Below, in pieces: positions 32,121 to 42,733 of a stretch of 64,000 bases of DNA. The position numbers and the translations under genes were made by a program. Within the stretch, counting starts at the first letter, position 1. The number at the start of each line of letters is the position of its first letter. Where the stretch lies: the NCBI GenBank assembly GCA_965198225.1, contig CBDAOY010000005.1, forward strand, positions 1 through 64,000, in the 5' to 3' direction. Under the pieces are notes generated by a model. The model made no database searches. It saw nothing but the letters and a program-made list of their open reading frames with translations, and was not told the origin of the DNA. Source of the DNA: Terriglobia bacterium (GTDB lineage Bacteria > Acidobacteriota > Terriglobia > 20CM-2-55-15).

Positions 32121-33004
32121 GCACCCACCTGTCGCTCTTGGTTCTGGCGGCCGCGTTGCAGCAACCCCTGCCCCAGATCCTGAACACCCCGGGAGACTCC
32201 ATCTCGCTCGAGTTCTACGAAGGGCTCGAAGGTCGGGTTTTCGACGACGCCCGGAGGCTCTACGAAGAAGAGCGCTACCGGGAGTCGGCGGACCGGTTCC
32301 TGGAGCTCCACGCTGCGACCGGGCATCCCGTGGCTCTGTTCCTGGCCGGCAACTGTTTTTACCGATTGGACGATATCGATCGTTCGATCGAGCTCTACCT
32401 CCGGGCAATGAGCCATGGCCTGGAGGGTATGCCCGACGTGCACTACAACCTGGCCAACGCCTACTACTCGAAGTACCGGCGTGAGGAAGCGATCTCCGAG
32501 TTCAGGAGGGTGCTCGAACTGACTGACGACACCGACGCGATGGCTCACTACCACTTGGGTATTCTTCTCGATGGCGAAGGAGCCCACGACGAATCCATCG
32601 TCCACTACCGTAAGACCGTCGAGCTGACCAACGACGGGGAGCCGCTGGCCCGACAACACCTCGGGGTCGCCTATTTCATGAACGGCGACTATGAGAATTC
32701 GGCCCGGGAGTGGGAGATCTACATCCGGATGGTCCCGGATGACCCGGGGGGCTACCTCAACCATGGGATGGCGCTTCGATACGTCGGCCGGTTGGAACAG
32801 GCGATCGAGCAGCTGAGGCGAGCGCTGGAGGAAAGCGGGGACAACCTAGCGCCGGCACACTACCAACTCGCACTCATCTACGCGGACCGCGAAGAATACA
32901 CGCTCTCGGTCGAGCACTTCGAAGCCGCTATCGCACTAGGCCATGCAAGCCCGAAGCTGCTGGAAGAGTATGAGGCGGTCAAGAGGAAGGGACCGGGTCC
33001 GTAG
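32117..33004 (+). CDS. TPR-repeat protein
   Basis: Start MSTHLSLL; repeated HYNLANAY, HYHLGIL, HLGVAY, HYQLALIY. Confidence 0.88.
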   Translation: MSTHLSLLVLAAALQQPLPQILNTPGDSISLEFYEGLEGRVFDDARRLYEEERYRESADRFLELHAATGHPVALFLAGNCFYRLDDIDRSIELYLRAMSHGLEGMPDVHYNLANAYYSKYRREEAISEFRRVLELTDDTDAMAHYHLGILLDGEGAHDESIVHYRKTVELTNDGEPLARQHLGVAYFMNGDYENSAREWEIYIRMVPDDPGGYLNHGMALRYVGRLEQAIEQLRRALEESGDNLAPAHYQLALIYADREEYTLSVEHFEAAIALGHASPKLLEEYEAVKRKGPGP

Positions 33005-33101
33005 GCCGTTGACCGTAGGCCGTTAGCAGCCACCCCTGCCGGCAGCCGTGCTGCCGGCGGGTGGCTGCGCTAAAGGTGCAGACGGGGTGGTTCTTCCGAA
33101 G

Positions 33102-34268
33102 TCACTTCTTCGAAGGAACTTCCGGCTTAGTCTCGATGGGCACGGACTTAAAGGCCAGCGGTTTGACGGCGCGTCCGAGTTCGTAAACGGTCAGAACCAG
33201 CGCCAGGGCGTGGGCGAAGAACCAGAGTGGTGCAAACCACGTAGCGGCTCTCAGACGTCGCGAGTAGCAGAAGTAACTGGTCGCCATCAAGCTGTAGCTG
33301 AAGGCGGAAAAGTAGAGGATACCCAGGCTCGAAAACCCGGTCTGAGTGGAAAACATTCCAAAAAGTATGCCGACGACCGCCACGATCGAGATCGCGGCGT
33401 TGCCGAGCACGAAGGCCATGACGCGCCCGAAACTGAGCGATTCAGCGTCGAGCCCGGACATCAGAGACCGCACCGACGCTTCGCGCGCGATCCATCCGGA
33501 GCCGTCCCCCTGGAACGTCTTCAATCCTTCCGAGCGATAGCTCCAGATCGTCCAACCCGATTCATTGAGTATCCCCGGTAGTCGATTCAGACGATTGATC
33601 ACTGTGTGGGTGTGGCCGTGCAGGAGCAGAAACGGCTCGGTCAGGTTCATGCGCTTGCTCTTCTCTCTCCCGCGGTCCACAGCGCGGATCATTCGCACAA
33701 ACCACTCCAGCGAAGGTGCCAGCAACTTTTGCAGCAGGGAACGACACTCGATACCGGGCGACAGCGCAACCGCGGTGAGGTCCTCCGTACCGGCAAACTC
33801 GAGCGCCGATTCGACCGCAAACTGTTCCAGTACGACGTCGGAATCCAGCACCAGCATCCACGACCCCCGGACGCTCGCCTGGGCCTGGTCCAGGGCCCGG
33901 ATTCGATCGATTTCACTTTCGAGCCGGAACGAAACGGGAATCTGCTGGACGGGAATGTGCGAACGCATCGCTTGAAACTCCCGTGCCAGGCTTTCGTGCC
34001 GTCCGTCGTCTTCGTCGTAAACGATTAAGAGCTCGATAAACGGGTAGGACTGCTCGAGTATCGATTCCAGCGCCCGGCGGGAAACTGCTCCGGCTCCCCT
34101 GAGAGGCACCAGGACCGAGACCACCCCGTAGCTTCCCGAGGACCGGCGAACCGACAGGCGAGATCGGCGCGTCAGCGCAAACCAGCTTTCGAGGAAGATG
34201 ACGAGTGTGACCAGCGCTGAAAGCCAGCAGACAAACAGTAACGCGTACCCGACCGAGGCGCCAGTCAT
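33102..34268 (-). CDS. Membrane-bound glycosyltransferase family 2
   Basis: VSVLVPLR, SILEQSYP, LDSDV (DxD), and N- and C-terminal TM helices. Confidence 0.85.
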   Translation of the reverse strand: MTGASVGYALLFVCWLSALVTLVIFLESWFALTRRSRLSVRRSSGSYGVVSVLVPLRGAGAVSRRALESILEQSYPFIELLIVYDEDDGRHESLAREFQAMRSHIPVQQIPVSFRLESEIDRIRALDQAQASVRGSWMLVLDSDVVLEQFAVESALEFAGTEDLTAVALSPGIECRSLLQKLLAPSLEWFVRMIRAVDRGREKSKRMNLTEPFLLLHGHTHTVINRLNRLPGILNESGWTIWSYRSEGLKTFQGDGSGWIAREASVRSLMSGLDAESLSFGRVMAFVLGNAAISIVAVVGILFGMFSTQTGFSSLGILYFSAFSYSLMATSYFCYSRRLRAATWFAPLWFFAHALALVLTVYELGRAVKPLAFKSVPIETKPEVPSKK

Positions 34269-34503
34269 GGATCCTTTCTAAATCCGGAGTCGGGCTCCTG
34301 TCAACAACGAAGGGCAAAAACTGGGTGGGCTGGTTCTGTTCTCAAAGTCGACAGGTCGAATGCGACAGACGAGCGGCGGTTGATCGCTCGTGGGATTTCA
34401 CGAACGTTTCCGGCGAATCATTGGGATCCGAGAAAGGCTCCAGGGGTCGGACAACGAATCCCATGATGAATGCCTCCAACGACAACCCCGGCAGGATGCC
34501 CGC

Positions 34504-37341
34504 TTACGATTTCCCCAGCAGGATGAACGGGGCCCAATAATAAGGATGCGGAAAGGATTCTTTGACGGCCCGAGCGGCCAGTTGCAGCGCCCGGGGCTTG
34601 GACAGGCCCTCTTCGAGCCCCTCGTAGAATCGCCTCATCAGCACGGTGGTTGAGCGATCGTTGACCCGCCACAGGCTGACCAGCAGCGAGGGCGTGCCCG
34701 CGTAGAGAAACCCTCGTGTCAGTCCCAGTAACTCGTCTCCCTCATAAAGTGCGCTCATACCAGTTTCACAGGCGCTCAACGTCGTTAGATCCGCTCCCAG
34801 CCGCAGGTTGAAGATATCGATCAAGCTAAGCCAGCTGTCGCCGAGACGAATCGAAGAGAACATCGGGTTATCGCTCCGGAAAACGCCGTGGGCGGCAATG
34901 TGGATTCTGCGGGCTGAGGGACCGTATTCCCGAAGGAGGTCTACCGTAGCATCCTCGCCGACGAACACACGCGCATTCGGGAGCAGCTGCTTCAACGTTT
35001 CGGCTTCGTCGAGAATCGCCGGCGTAGTTTCATCGGCAACGGCGAGGATGAGGTCTTCCGTTGCGTCGGGCGATTCCTTCTCACGGCAGATCTTCATCAC
35101 CGACGCGCTGGCGCTGTAGACGATGTCGTGGCAGTCGGCGACGTAGCCGGATCCATCGTAAAGCGCCTGGAACGGAACGTAGTGCAGCACGTCGTGCGGG
35201 ATGACGACCAGCGAGCGTCCGTCAATCCATTCCTGGAGAGGTTCGAGCAGCAGCTTGTGCAGCTCACGCAGATGATGTCGTGTCGCGCGCAGAAGGGTCC
35301 GTTCGTGGTGTTTCAGGTAGTCGGCGCTCAGATGAAACTTGGACAACTGGAAGTTGAGACCCTTCAAGCACGCGCGCACGGCGTCCTTCGTGGCCAGGTC
35401 GGCAACGAACTGGAATTCGTCCCTACCGATGACGAACGCACAGAACCGGTCGCCCACCGCGTAGTACTCGATCAGGATCTCGTCGGAGCCGAGCATTTCC
35501 TGGATCTCTTCGATTCCGGGCATTCCCATCGTCTCCAGCCTGGCCCAGTCTTCCTTCTCCGACCCCGCATCGCGGAGCAGTGACATCAGCTCCTGTTCCC
35601 GCCGGGTGATCTCCTGCTGGGTCGCCTGATCGGAGCGCAGCGAGCTGACGGTCGTGCCGGCCTGGGACAACCGGCTGTAGAGCGCATTGAGATCCCGTCG
35701 CACTTTCTCGATCTCCGCGCGCTTCGAGCCGGAGCCGTTCGAGCCCCACATGGTGTCCAGGTTGCGCTCGAGCAGATCCATCAGCGTGCGCGACTTGGAT
35801 CGTTCCACGAATTGAAATGCCTCGACCGCGGCGTCGGTCCGGATCTTGAGGTCGACGAGGTTTTCGTAGACCTGATACTTGTCCCGCCCGAATGACATGC
35901 GGAACTCGTCGAGCTGGATGTTCCCGCGGAGCGATTCCATCTCGTCGATCGCCTTCAGGTACAGCCGTTCGGCTTCATCCAGAGCGCCGTTGGCAGACTG
36001 GAGCCTACCCAGGAGGTCGTAACACTGGTAGGACACCCAGGTTGCGTGATAGCCCTCGAGTTGCTCCAGGGCTCTTTGAGCCTGTTTCAGAGCTTCTGGC
36101 CGACGGCCGTCCGCGACGAGAATATCGGCCGCCACGGTCCGCGCGTAGGCTCCGCGAACGGCAAGTTCCTGGACCTCGAAGGCTTCAGCTGCGGAAAGGG
36201 CGAGCTTCCGGGCTTCTGGAAACTGCCGCTGCTTGTAGCACAGTTTCGCCAGCTGCAGATCGACGGCCGCCGTGGACACTTCGTTGCCCTCTTCGCGGAA
36301 TAGCTTCCTGGCTCTGCGGAATGTTTCCTCCGCCGCGCGGCTATCTTCCCTCTCCGCGTGCGCGATTCCGACCAACTCCAGGCACTTCGCCGCGTCGAGC
36401 ATGCTGGATTGTCGTTCGAAGGTCGCATGCGCCCTCTCGGCCAGATCCGCAGCTTCCTCGGCGAGGTTCAGCTGTAGATAGATTTCGGCGCGGGCCCTGT
36501 CGCAGATTGCGACCTGACGATCATTGGACGATTCTTCCCACCGAAGCCGGACCTTCTCGCGAATCCGGAGTGCCTCAGAGTAGTTACCGCGCTTGAAATG
36601 CAGCTCCGCCATATCTCCCTCCAAACCGGCCAGAAGGGGGACTAGGCCGTGCTGTTCGCAGCATTCCCGGGCGATTTCATAGGCCTGCATGGCCTCGTCG
36701 AATCGATTCAGCTCGACCAGCGCCTGCCCGCGATTGTGATGCGCGGTGGCGACCACGACGTAGTCGTCGCTATCCCCGATCTTCTCCAACATCTCGTCGT
36801 ACAGCGCCAGCTGATCGGCAAACCGATTCAGGCGGTAGAAGGTACCCCCCAGTGCGAAGTACACCCGTGGCAGATACTCGGTGTCCCCGGCCTCCTCGAG
36901 CAGCTCCCGGGCTCGCGCGGCAAGTTCCTGGGCCTTCTCGTATTCGCTGAGATAGTTCAGGTTATAGGCCTGGAAGCACATCGTCCGTCCCAGCTCCCGC
37001 ATGGCCCCTGCCTCCGTAAATGCCTGTCCGGCCTTCTCGTAGAACGGTTTCGCCTCCGCAGCCTTCTTCAGATTTGTAAAAGCAAACGCCTTACACTTGT
37101 ACGCATACCCCCAGGCCAGAGGAGTATCGAGCCGGGCCGCCAGTTCCAGGTTCGACTCGGCGAGGGCTTCCGCCAGCGGGGGGTCTTTCAGGAGCAGTTG
37201 ACGGATGCGCTCGCTCAGCTCCTCGACCAGTTCCTGGGAGGGGGGGGAGTCGGATTCCGAGATGAACGCACGTTGGCCGGCGACATCACGAATCTGGATC
37301 AGACGGTCTACGAATTCACGGGCTGGGGAAGAAATCGCCAT
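34504..37341 (-). CDS. TPR-CHAT (caspase HetF-associated) protease
   Basis: Long TPR array; ERSKSRTL, IPHDVLHYVPFQAL, IHIAAHG (His), LSACETG (Cys), SLWRVND, HPYYWAPF. Confidence 0.93.
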   Translation of the reverse strand: MAISSPAREFVDRLIQIRDVAGQRAFISESDSPPSQELVEELSERIRQLLLKDPPLAEALAESNLELAARLDTPLAWGYAYKCKAFAFTNLKKAAEAKPFYEKAGQAFTEAGAMRELGRTMCFQAYNLNYLSEYEKAQELAARARELLEEAGDTEYLPRVYFALGGTFYRLNRFADQLALYDEMLEKIGDSDDYVVVATAHHNRGQALVELNRFDEAMQAYEIARECCEQHGLVPLLAGLEGDMAELHFKRGNYSEALRIREKVRLRWEESSNDRQVAICDRARAEIYLQLNLAEEAADLAERAHATFERQSSMLDAAKCLELVGIAHAEREDSRAAEETFRRARKLFREEGNEVSTAAVDLQLAKLCYKQRQFPEARKLALSAAEAFEVQELAVRGAYARTVAADILVADGRRPEALKQAQRALEQLEGYHATWVSYQCYDLLGRLQSANGALDEAERLYLKAIDEMESLRGNIQLDEFRMSFGRDKYQVYENLVDLKIRTDAAVEAFQFVERSKSRTLMDLLERNLDTMWGSNGSGSKRAEIEKVRRDLNALYSRLSQAGTTVSSLRSDQATQQEITRREQELMSLLRDAGSEKEDWARLETMGMPGIEEIQEMLGSDEILIEYYAVGDRFCAFVIGRDEFQFVADLATKDAVRACLKGLNFQLSKFHLSADYLKHHERTLLRATRHHLRELHKLLLEPLQEWIDGRSLVVIPHDVLHYVPFQALYDGSGYVADCHDIVYSASASVMKICREKESPDATEDLILAVADETTPAILDEAETLKQLLPNARVFVGEDATVDLLREYGPSARRIHIAAHGVFRSDNPMFSSIRLGDSWLSLIDIFNLRLGADLTTLSACETGMSALYEGDELLGLTRGFLYAGTPSLLVSLWRVNDRSTTVLMRRFYEGLEEGLSKPRALQLAARAVKESFPHPYYWAPFILLGKS

Positions 37342-37581
37342 TCCTACGCTTCCTACGTACTGGCACGCTACTCGCTGCCGAAGGGCATACCCGGCCCGAG
37401 TCTGCCGGGCAAACTTCAGTCAACTGACTTTGTACACACAACAGGGTCTACCTGACTTGTCCGGCAGGTGTATCTATGAATGATAGCGTATCGGCCTGGT
37501 CGAATGAAAACTGCCCGCAAGTGCGTGTGCGTCGCTTGATCGGCAAAGGGCCGGTACGATCCGGGGCGCTTCCGACTCGAT

Positions 37582-38208
37582 CTAGCGGTAGTAGTGGCGG
37601 AGGCGCTGGTACAACCCGGCTGTCGCCTTGCAGTCCGCCAGGCAGTAGTGGGCGATCTCGTCCAGGCGACCCTGCTTGAAGTAGTCTCCGACCTTGCTGC
37701 CGTCGATGCCGTCCTTCGGAGACGGCACACCGAAAATCTCGCAGAAGAATTCCAGTGTGCCCTTCCGGTAACGATCGTAGTTGGTCAGGGCCTCGCGCAC
37801 ATCAAAGTGCCGATCCGTGGAAAAACGGCGCGTGTCGAGCATGATATCCCGCGGTACGGGAACTTCGAGTATTGCGCTGCGGACCTTGATGTAGGGAAAG
37901 TCGAACGACTTTCCGTTGAAGGTCACGAAACGGCTGGGACGAATCTGACCCAGGTCGGACCAGAAGTTGGCCAGAAGCTCTCGCTCGTCGCTCTGGCAGT
38001 AGGCTCGAGATCGATCAACCTCGAGCCAATAGACCCCGATGCAGATTATGCGGCCGGTGGAGGGGTCCAGTCCAAGGCTATCCAGCACGCGTTGACGCTC
38101 CTCATCGTCCTCGGTGGGAAGCAGTATTTCCAGGGCTCGCGGCGGGATACTGTCGACGTCCTGCCCCACGGTCTCAATGTCGACGATCAGGGTGTTGGGA
38201 TTGGCCAT
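37582..38208 (-). CDS. PolB-like 3'-5' exonuclease (RNase H-like)
   Basis: VDIET, TFNGKSFDFP, HFD, YCLAD. Confidence 0.88.
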   Translation of the reverse strand: MANPNTLIVDIETVGQDVDSIPPRALEILLPTEDDEERQRVLDSLGLDPSTGRIICIGVYWLEVDRSRAYCQSDERELLANFWSDLGQIRPSRFVTFNGKSFDFPYIKVRSAILEVPVPRDIMLDTRRFSTDRHFDVREALTNYDRYRKGTLEFFCEIFGVPSPKDGIDGSKVGDYFKQGRLDEIAHYCLADCKATAGLYQRLRHYYR

Positions 38209-38280
38209 CGAAACGATGCTAACGAGGCCACAGGACAGATCAGGTCGGCAGGGTCCGGGGTTGAGCTGAAGTGGTTAGTG

Positions 38281-39024
38281 CTACATCCGGACGGTCATGC
38301 CGCCATCGACCGTTATGACTTGGCCAGTGATGTAGTTGTCGGGTTCCAGGAACATCTCTATCGCACGAGCCACGTCATCGGCACGCCCAAGGCGGGTGAT
38401 CACGTCCTTCTCGATGAACGGATCGTACTTGCCGCTGGCGACGCTCTTCTGGGCCATCCCGGCCGACGTCACGCCCGGCGCGACCACATTCACGCGAATG
38501 CGATCCGATCCACCCCACTGCTTTGCCAGGATGCGGGCCGAATGAACCAGCGCTGCTTTGGGCGCCGCATACGCGGTGCTGCCCGGAAAGACCCCGATCG
38601 CCTGCATGGTCGAAACGAAAACGATGCTGGCGTCGTCACCGGCAGCCGCGGCGGCGAAATCGCGAGCCAGGAGGATCGGGGCGACAAAATTGATTCGCAT
38701 CGAAGCGAGCAGGTCCTCGGCCGTCGCCGTCTCGACCGGTACGCGGGCCGGTTCTCCGACAAGTGGGACCAACCCGTACGGCTGTCCCGACGAGCGGGCA
38801 GCTTCGATCAATCGCCCCCGCGTCTCGGAAACGAGAACATCACCAACGACGAGCGGGGCGGAGATCCCGTGCCGCTCCCAGATGTCGAAAGCGAGCCGCT
38901 CTCCGCGCGCTCGATCGCTCGAACATCCGATCACGGGAATCGCCCCGCGCGAGGCAAGCCTCAGAGCAAGCGCTGAACCCAATCCACCGGATCCACCCGC
39001 CAGAATGACGGTTTTGGATTTCAC
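38281..39024 (-). CDS. SDR-family oxidoreductase
   Basis: GGSGGLG, YAAPK, NVVAPG, ITGQVITVDGG. Confidence 0.92.
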   Translation of the reverse strand: MKSKTVILAGGSGGLGSALALRLASRGAIPVIGCSSDRARGERLAFDIWERHGISAPLVVGDVLVSETRGRLIEAARSSGQPYGLVPLVGEPARVPVETATAEDLLASMRINFVAPILLARDFAAAAAGDDASIVFVSTMQAIGVFPGSTAYAAPKAALVHSARILAKQWGGSDRIRVNVVAPGVTSAGMAQKSVASGKYDPFIEKDVITRLGRADDVARAIEMFLEPDNYITGQVITVDGGMTVRM

Positions 39025-39034
39025 AAACGTTCTC

Positions 39035-40564
39035 TCACAAACGCATCAACACCGACGCGACGTACCTCGGGTCCACTTTCTGGCCGATCAGAGGCTCCAG
39101 TTCCCCGTGCAAGTCCTTCAACCAGTCCGCCGCGATCGGCCGGAGCTCATCGGGCAGATCCAGTTCGGGAAACTCGATCCCGTCAGACAGGAAACTCTCC
39201 AGGTCCTCGCGGTTCAACGCGGTCGGCTCAAATTCGCCTGAGAGGGCTTGCCGGATGACGGCGGTGTTGAAAGCCTTCCGGAGAGTCGTTTCAGTCGACG
39301 CAAGAATCGGCAAGAAGCCATGCACCATGGTGCGAAGCCGGTCCAGGCGAACCGACGCATCCCGGACGTCGGTGAGACTCTCGAAGTTTCTGTACTGCTT
39401 ACCATCCCATAGTAAAGGCTTGAACCGGCGGAGGCCGGTCAGGAACTCTTGATCGGGGCTCTCGAACAACTCGGCTGAAAAGGCCGGAAACTGCGCCAGT
39501 TTGTCGGCCTGGTCCCGGAGACGCGCCAGTTGGTCGAACCCGGCCTTGAAGACGGTCTGGACGTGGTTCGTTGTGAAGGCCAGTGCGGCCGATTCCAGGT
39601 CCTGCCCCGACAGCGTCTCCAACCCGATGGTCAAAAATGCGCGCATCTCTCCGAGTGCGTTCCGAATGCTGTCGACGTCCCCGAGATTCACCAGGTTCGC
39701 CGACAGGATGCGATTCCCCAGGGCGGTCAGCTCGTCGGCCAGGCGCTCAGACTCCCCCGGCCCCACGTTGCCGAGCGCGCTGAGCAGAAATCCTCCTCCC
39801 GCCAGCGAGTCGGCAAAGACCGTCGGCAACCGCTGCGGCGGTTCCTCGCCCGGAATCTCTTCATCGGCATCGTCGTCACGCGGCACCGCCACCGTCTCGC
39901 TGGGTTCCGGACCCGCGTAGATCGACAGCGCCTCGTAGTAATCGACAAAACCGTGAACGTCGAGACGACGGGTCTTGTTCTGGTAAGCCGTCTCCTCCAG
40001 ATCGGTTCGAGTCGTGTACCGGATCAGACACAAGATGCTGTAGGCCAGGTCCGGCATGAAGCGGAAGAGAGCGTCGAGGATCAGCGAGGCGATGGTGGAA
40101 ACGTCGCCGGTCTCAATCTGTTGGACCGCAAAACGCTGATCCGGGGAATAAACGAGTTCGGTGGCGGGGGGTGGCTCATCTCGCTCGATCTCGTAGACCT
40201 CGATCAGATCCTTCAAAAACAGCGCGACGACGTACTCATCTATTCCCTCGAGTGCCCGAACTGTGCCCTCTGGACCTGTCTGGATGAACGCTGCAACCCA
40301 CTCCATGAAGGGCTTGCGGGCGAATGAGTCCTTACGCCAACAGTCCAGGTCCACGAAGGCGGAGACCTGACGCTCGCTGGCGAGGGCCAACAACTCCAGG
40401 GAATCGGCCAGGCCCAGGGTCTTAATCGTGAAGAAGACCTGCTCGAACGAGGAATCGCGGACCGTCCTCAACGCGTCGGGCAAGGAGAGAAACTCTTCCA
40501 GCTGTTGCTTGTTCTGGATCCGGAGCGTGGAGCCTATAAGTGGGTTCAGGACATCTTCGGTCAT
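39035..40564 (-). CDS. Conserved hypothetical protein (DUF6178-like)
   Basis: FFTIKTLGLADSLELLALAS..Q...VDLDCW..D and EETAY...RL..GF.DYYEA pattern. Confidence 0.7.
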   Translation of the reverse strand: MTEDVLNPLIGSTLRIQNKQQLEEFLSLPDALRTVRDSSFEQVFFTIKTLGLADSLELLALASERQVSAFVDLDCWRKDSFARKPFMEWVAAFIQTGPEGTVRALEGIDEYVVALFLKDLIEVYEIERDEPPPATELVYSPDQRFAVQQIETGDVSTIASLILDALFRFMPDLAYSILCLIRYTTRTDLEETAYQNKTRRLDVHGFVDYYEALSIYAGPEPSETVAVPRDDDADEEIPGEEPPQRLPTVFADSLAGGGFLLSALGNVGPGESERLADELTALGNRILSANLVNLGDVDSIRNALGEMRAFLTIGLETLSGQDLESAALAFTTNHVQTVFKAGFDQLARLRDQADKLAQFPAFSAELFESPDQEFLTGLRRFKPLLWDGKQYRNFESLTDVRDASVRLDRLRTMVHGFLPILASTETTLRKAFNTAVIRQALSGEFEPTALNREDLESFLSDGIEFPELDLPDELRPIAADWLKDLHGELEPLIGQKVDPRYVASVLMRL

Positions 40565-40759
40565 CCGGGTCAGGGTAACACGCGGGGTCGGTTAACCGTA
40601 GGCCGTAGACCGTTAGTCGGCTCGGTTGAATCTCCTGATGATTTGTCCCATTTGTCACTTGCCGCTTGTCTCCGACTTACCGTGAGCCGAGGGTTGGCAA
40701 CTGACTACTGACTACCGACTACGGACTACTTCCTCAACACCCGCATATAATGGGCATCG

Positions 40760-42706
40760 GTGGAACTAGAAGGACGCATCGTCGAGTTTCTCGATTCGGG
40801 GACGCTGAGCGTGGGATACGTGCGGAAGCACGACCGCAGCAAGGTCCAGATCGTCGACCGTCGAGGCCGTCAATCCAGTGTGCCATCATCTCGTGTCGCC
40901 ATCGTTCACCAAGCCCTGTCCGAAGCCGAGTTTCCCGAGGCCGCCGACCTACTTCTCGAACAGGTTGAAGAATACCGCGGCGAGATCGACGTGGAGCTGC
41001 TCTGGGAGTCCATCAATTCTGAATCTCGGGACTTTTCCCTCCGGGAATTGGCCGAGGCCTATTTCGGCGAGACCTCACCCGCTGCCGAAGCGGCCCTCTT
41101 TCGAGAACTGGAACGGGCGCCTTTGTTCTTCAAGCTGAAAAGCGCCCAATTCCAGCCGAGATCCGAGGAACAGGTCGCAAGGGAACGGCTTCGCAAAGAG
41201 CGGGAGCAGAAACGGCAGGACTTTCGGAAACGGGCGGAGGAATTGCTCCGCAGCGCCCTGAGAAACCCGGTATCTCCCGACGGCCCGTTCCAGACGGAGG
41301 TGCTGGACCGATTGGACGCGTGGCTGCGCCATCGCCGCAAGGATGAAGTCGGAGAGATCCTGGAGCGGATCACGAGTCCTTCAAAGGCACGGTCGCGGGC
41401 CTATGAGATTCTGCTCGGGGCGGGAAGAATCCGCGCCGACGAGGACCGGTTTCTGCTGATTCGAGGCATCCATCCGGAATTTCCGCCCGACACCCTCGCC
41501 ACGTGCGCTGCCCTGTCCTGGTCGGAAGCCGACCAGGACCGCCTGGATCTGACCTCCCTTGCGGCTATCGCGATCGACGATGAGGACACCCTTGAAGTGG
41601 ACGATGCCATTACCGTTCAGGAGATCGCCGGCGAAACCGTATTAGGTGTTCACATTGCCGACGTGTCCACTTTCGTCCGGAAGGGTGATCCGCTGCTTCG
41701 GGAGGCCTACAGGCGGTCGGCAACCATATACCTGCCGAATATCTCGGTCATGATGTTCCCGGAACGATTGGCCACGGATCTGGCGAGCCTCGTCCAGGGG
41801 TCTCCCCGCCCCGCCTTCACCTTCGAAGCCCGGTTTGACGGCGAAAACGTCCTGTCCGGGTATCGGATCCGGCGGAGCGTGATACGGGTCTCCGAACGCC
41901 TGTCCTACGGGGAAGCGGATAGGGCGCTCAGAGAGGGCCATTCCGGCCTGGTCCGGCTTCATGGCATCGCGATGAGCCTGCTCGCGATGCGGCAGGACAT
42001 GGGAGCCCAGATCCACCGTCGTCCGGAACTCAAGGTTCGTGTGCGTGGCGACGAGATATCCGTGAGGCAGATCGACACGAACTCTCCAACTCGTCAACTC
42101 GTGAGTGAAATGATGATCCTCGCCAACCGCCTGGCAGCCGACCAGGCGACCGCTTCGAGAATCCCGATCATCTTCCGAACGCAGGAGCCACCTGATTCGG
42201 TGCCCGAGGATCTGGAGGACATGCCCGAGCCACTCCAGTTCGACCAGAGGCGGAGGAGCTTCAAGCGGTCACGCCTGTCCTTAACACCGGGTGAGCATTC
42301 AGGGCTCGGGCTGAGGGCCTACACTCAGGTTTCTTCGCCGATTCGACGGTATGCGGATCTGGTGACGCAGCTCCAGTTCGCCTCGGCCCTGGCGGGCGAG
42401 CCGTTTCCTTACGACAGCGAAGAGCTGCTTCGGATCCTCACAACCGCGGAATCGGCAGAACTCGAGAACCGCCGGTTGGAGCAAGAATCGACAACCTACT
42501 GGGTTCTGAAATACCTTGCACGCGAAGAGATGAACCGTCCCCTTCCCGCGCTCCTCCTCGATCGCAAGGGAAATGTGGAGTTGACCGACTATCTCGTGCG
42601 AGGAAAGGCTTCCGACAAACATCAGCGGCAGCCGGGCGAGAGCACGATGGTGGAAATAGAATCGATCGACCTGGAACGCCAGGAAATCCGATTCCGATCG
42701 GCCTGA
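40760..42706 (+). CDS. RNB-domain ribonuclease (RNase II/R family)
   Basis: IDDEDTLEVDDA, VHIADV, LVSEMMILAN, HSGLG..Y..VSSPIRRYAD. Confidence 0.93.
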   Translation: MELEGRIVEFLDSGTLSVGYVRKHDRSKVQIVDRRGRQSSVPSSRVAIVHQALSEAEFPEAADLLLEQVEEYRGEIDVELLWESINSESRDFSLRELAEAYFGETSPAAEAALFRELERAPLFFKLKSAQFQPRSEEQVARERLRKEREQKRQDFRKRAEELLRSALRNPVSPDGPFQTEVLDRLDAWLRHRRKDEVGEILERITSPSKARSRAYEILLGAGRIRADEDRFLLIRGIHPEFPPDTLATCAALSWSEADQDRLDLTSLAAIAIDDEDTLEVDDAITVQEIAGETVLGVHIADVSTFVRKGDPLLREAYRRSATIYLPNISVMMFPERLATDLASLVQGSPRPAFTFEARFDGENVLSGYRIRRSVIRVSERLSYGEADRALREGHSGLVRLHGIAMSLLAMRQDMGAQIHRRPELKVRVRGDEISVRQIDTNSPTRQLVSEMMILANRLAADQATASRIPIIFRTQEPPDSVPEDLEDMPEPLQFDQRRRSFKRSRLSLTPGEHSGLGLRAYTQVSSPIRRYADLVTQLQFASALAGEPFPYDSEELLRILTTAESAELENRRLEQESTTYWVLKYLAREEMNRPLPALLLDRKGNVELTDYLVRGKASDKHQRQPGESTMVEIESIDLERQEIRFRSA

Positions 42707-42733
42707 AAGCGGCCGATCATCGAGAAACGACCC

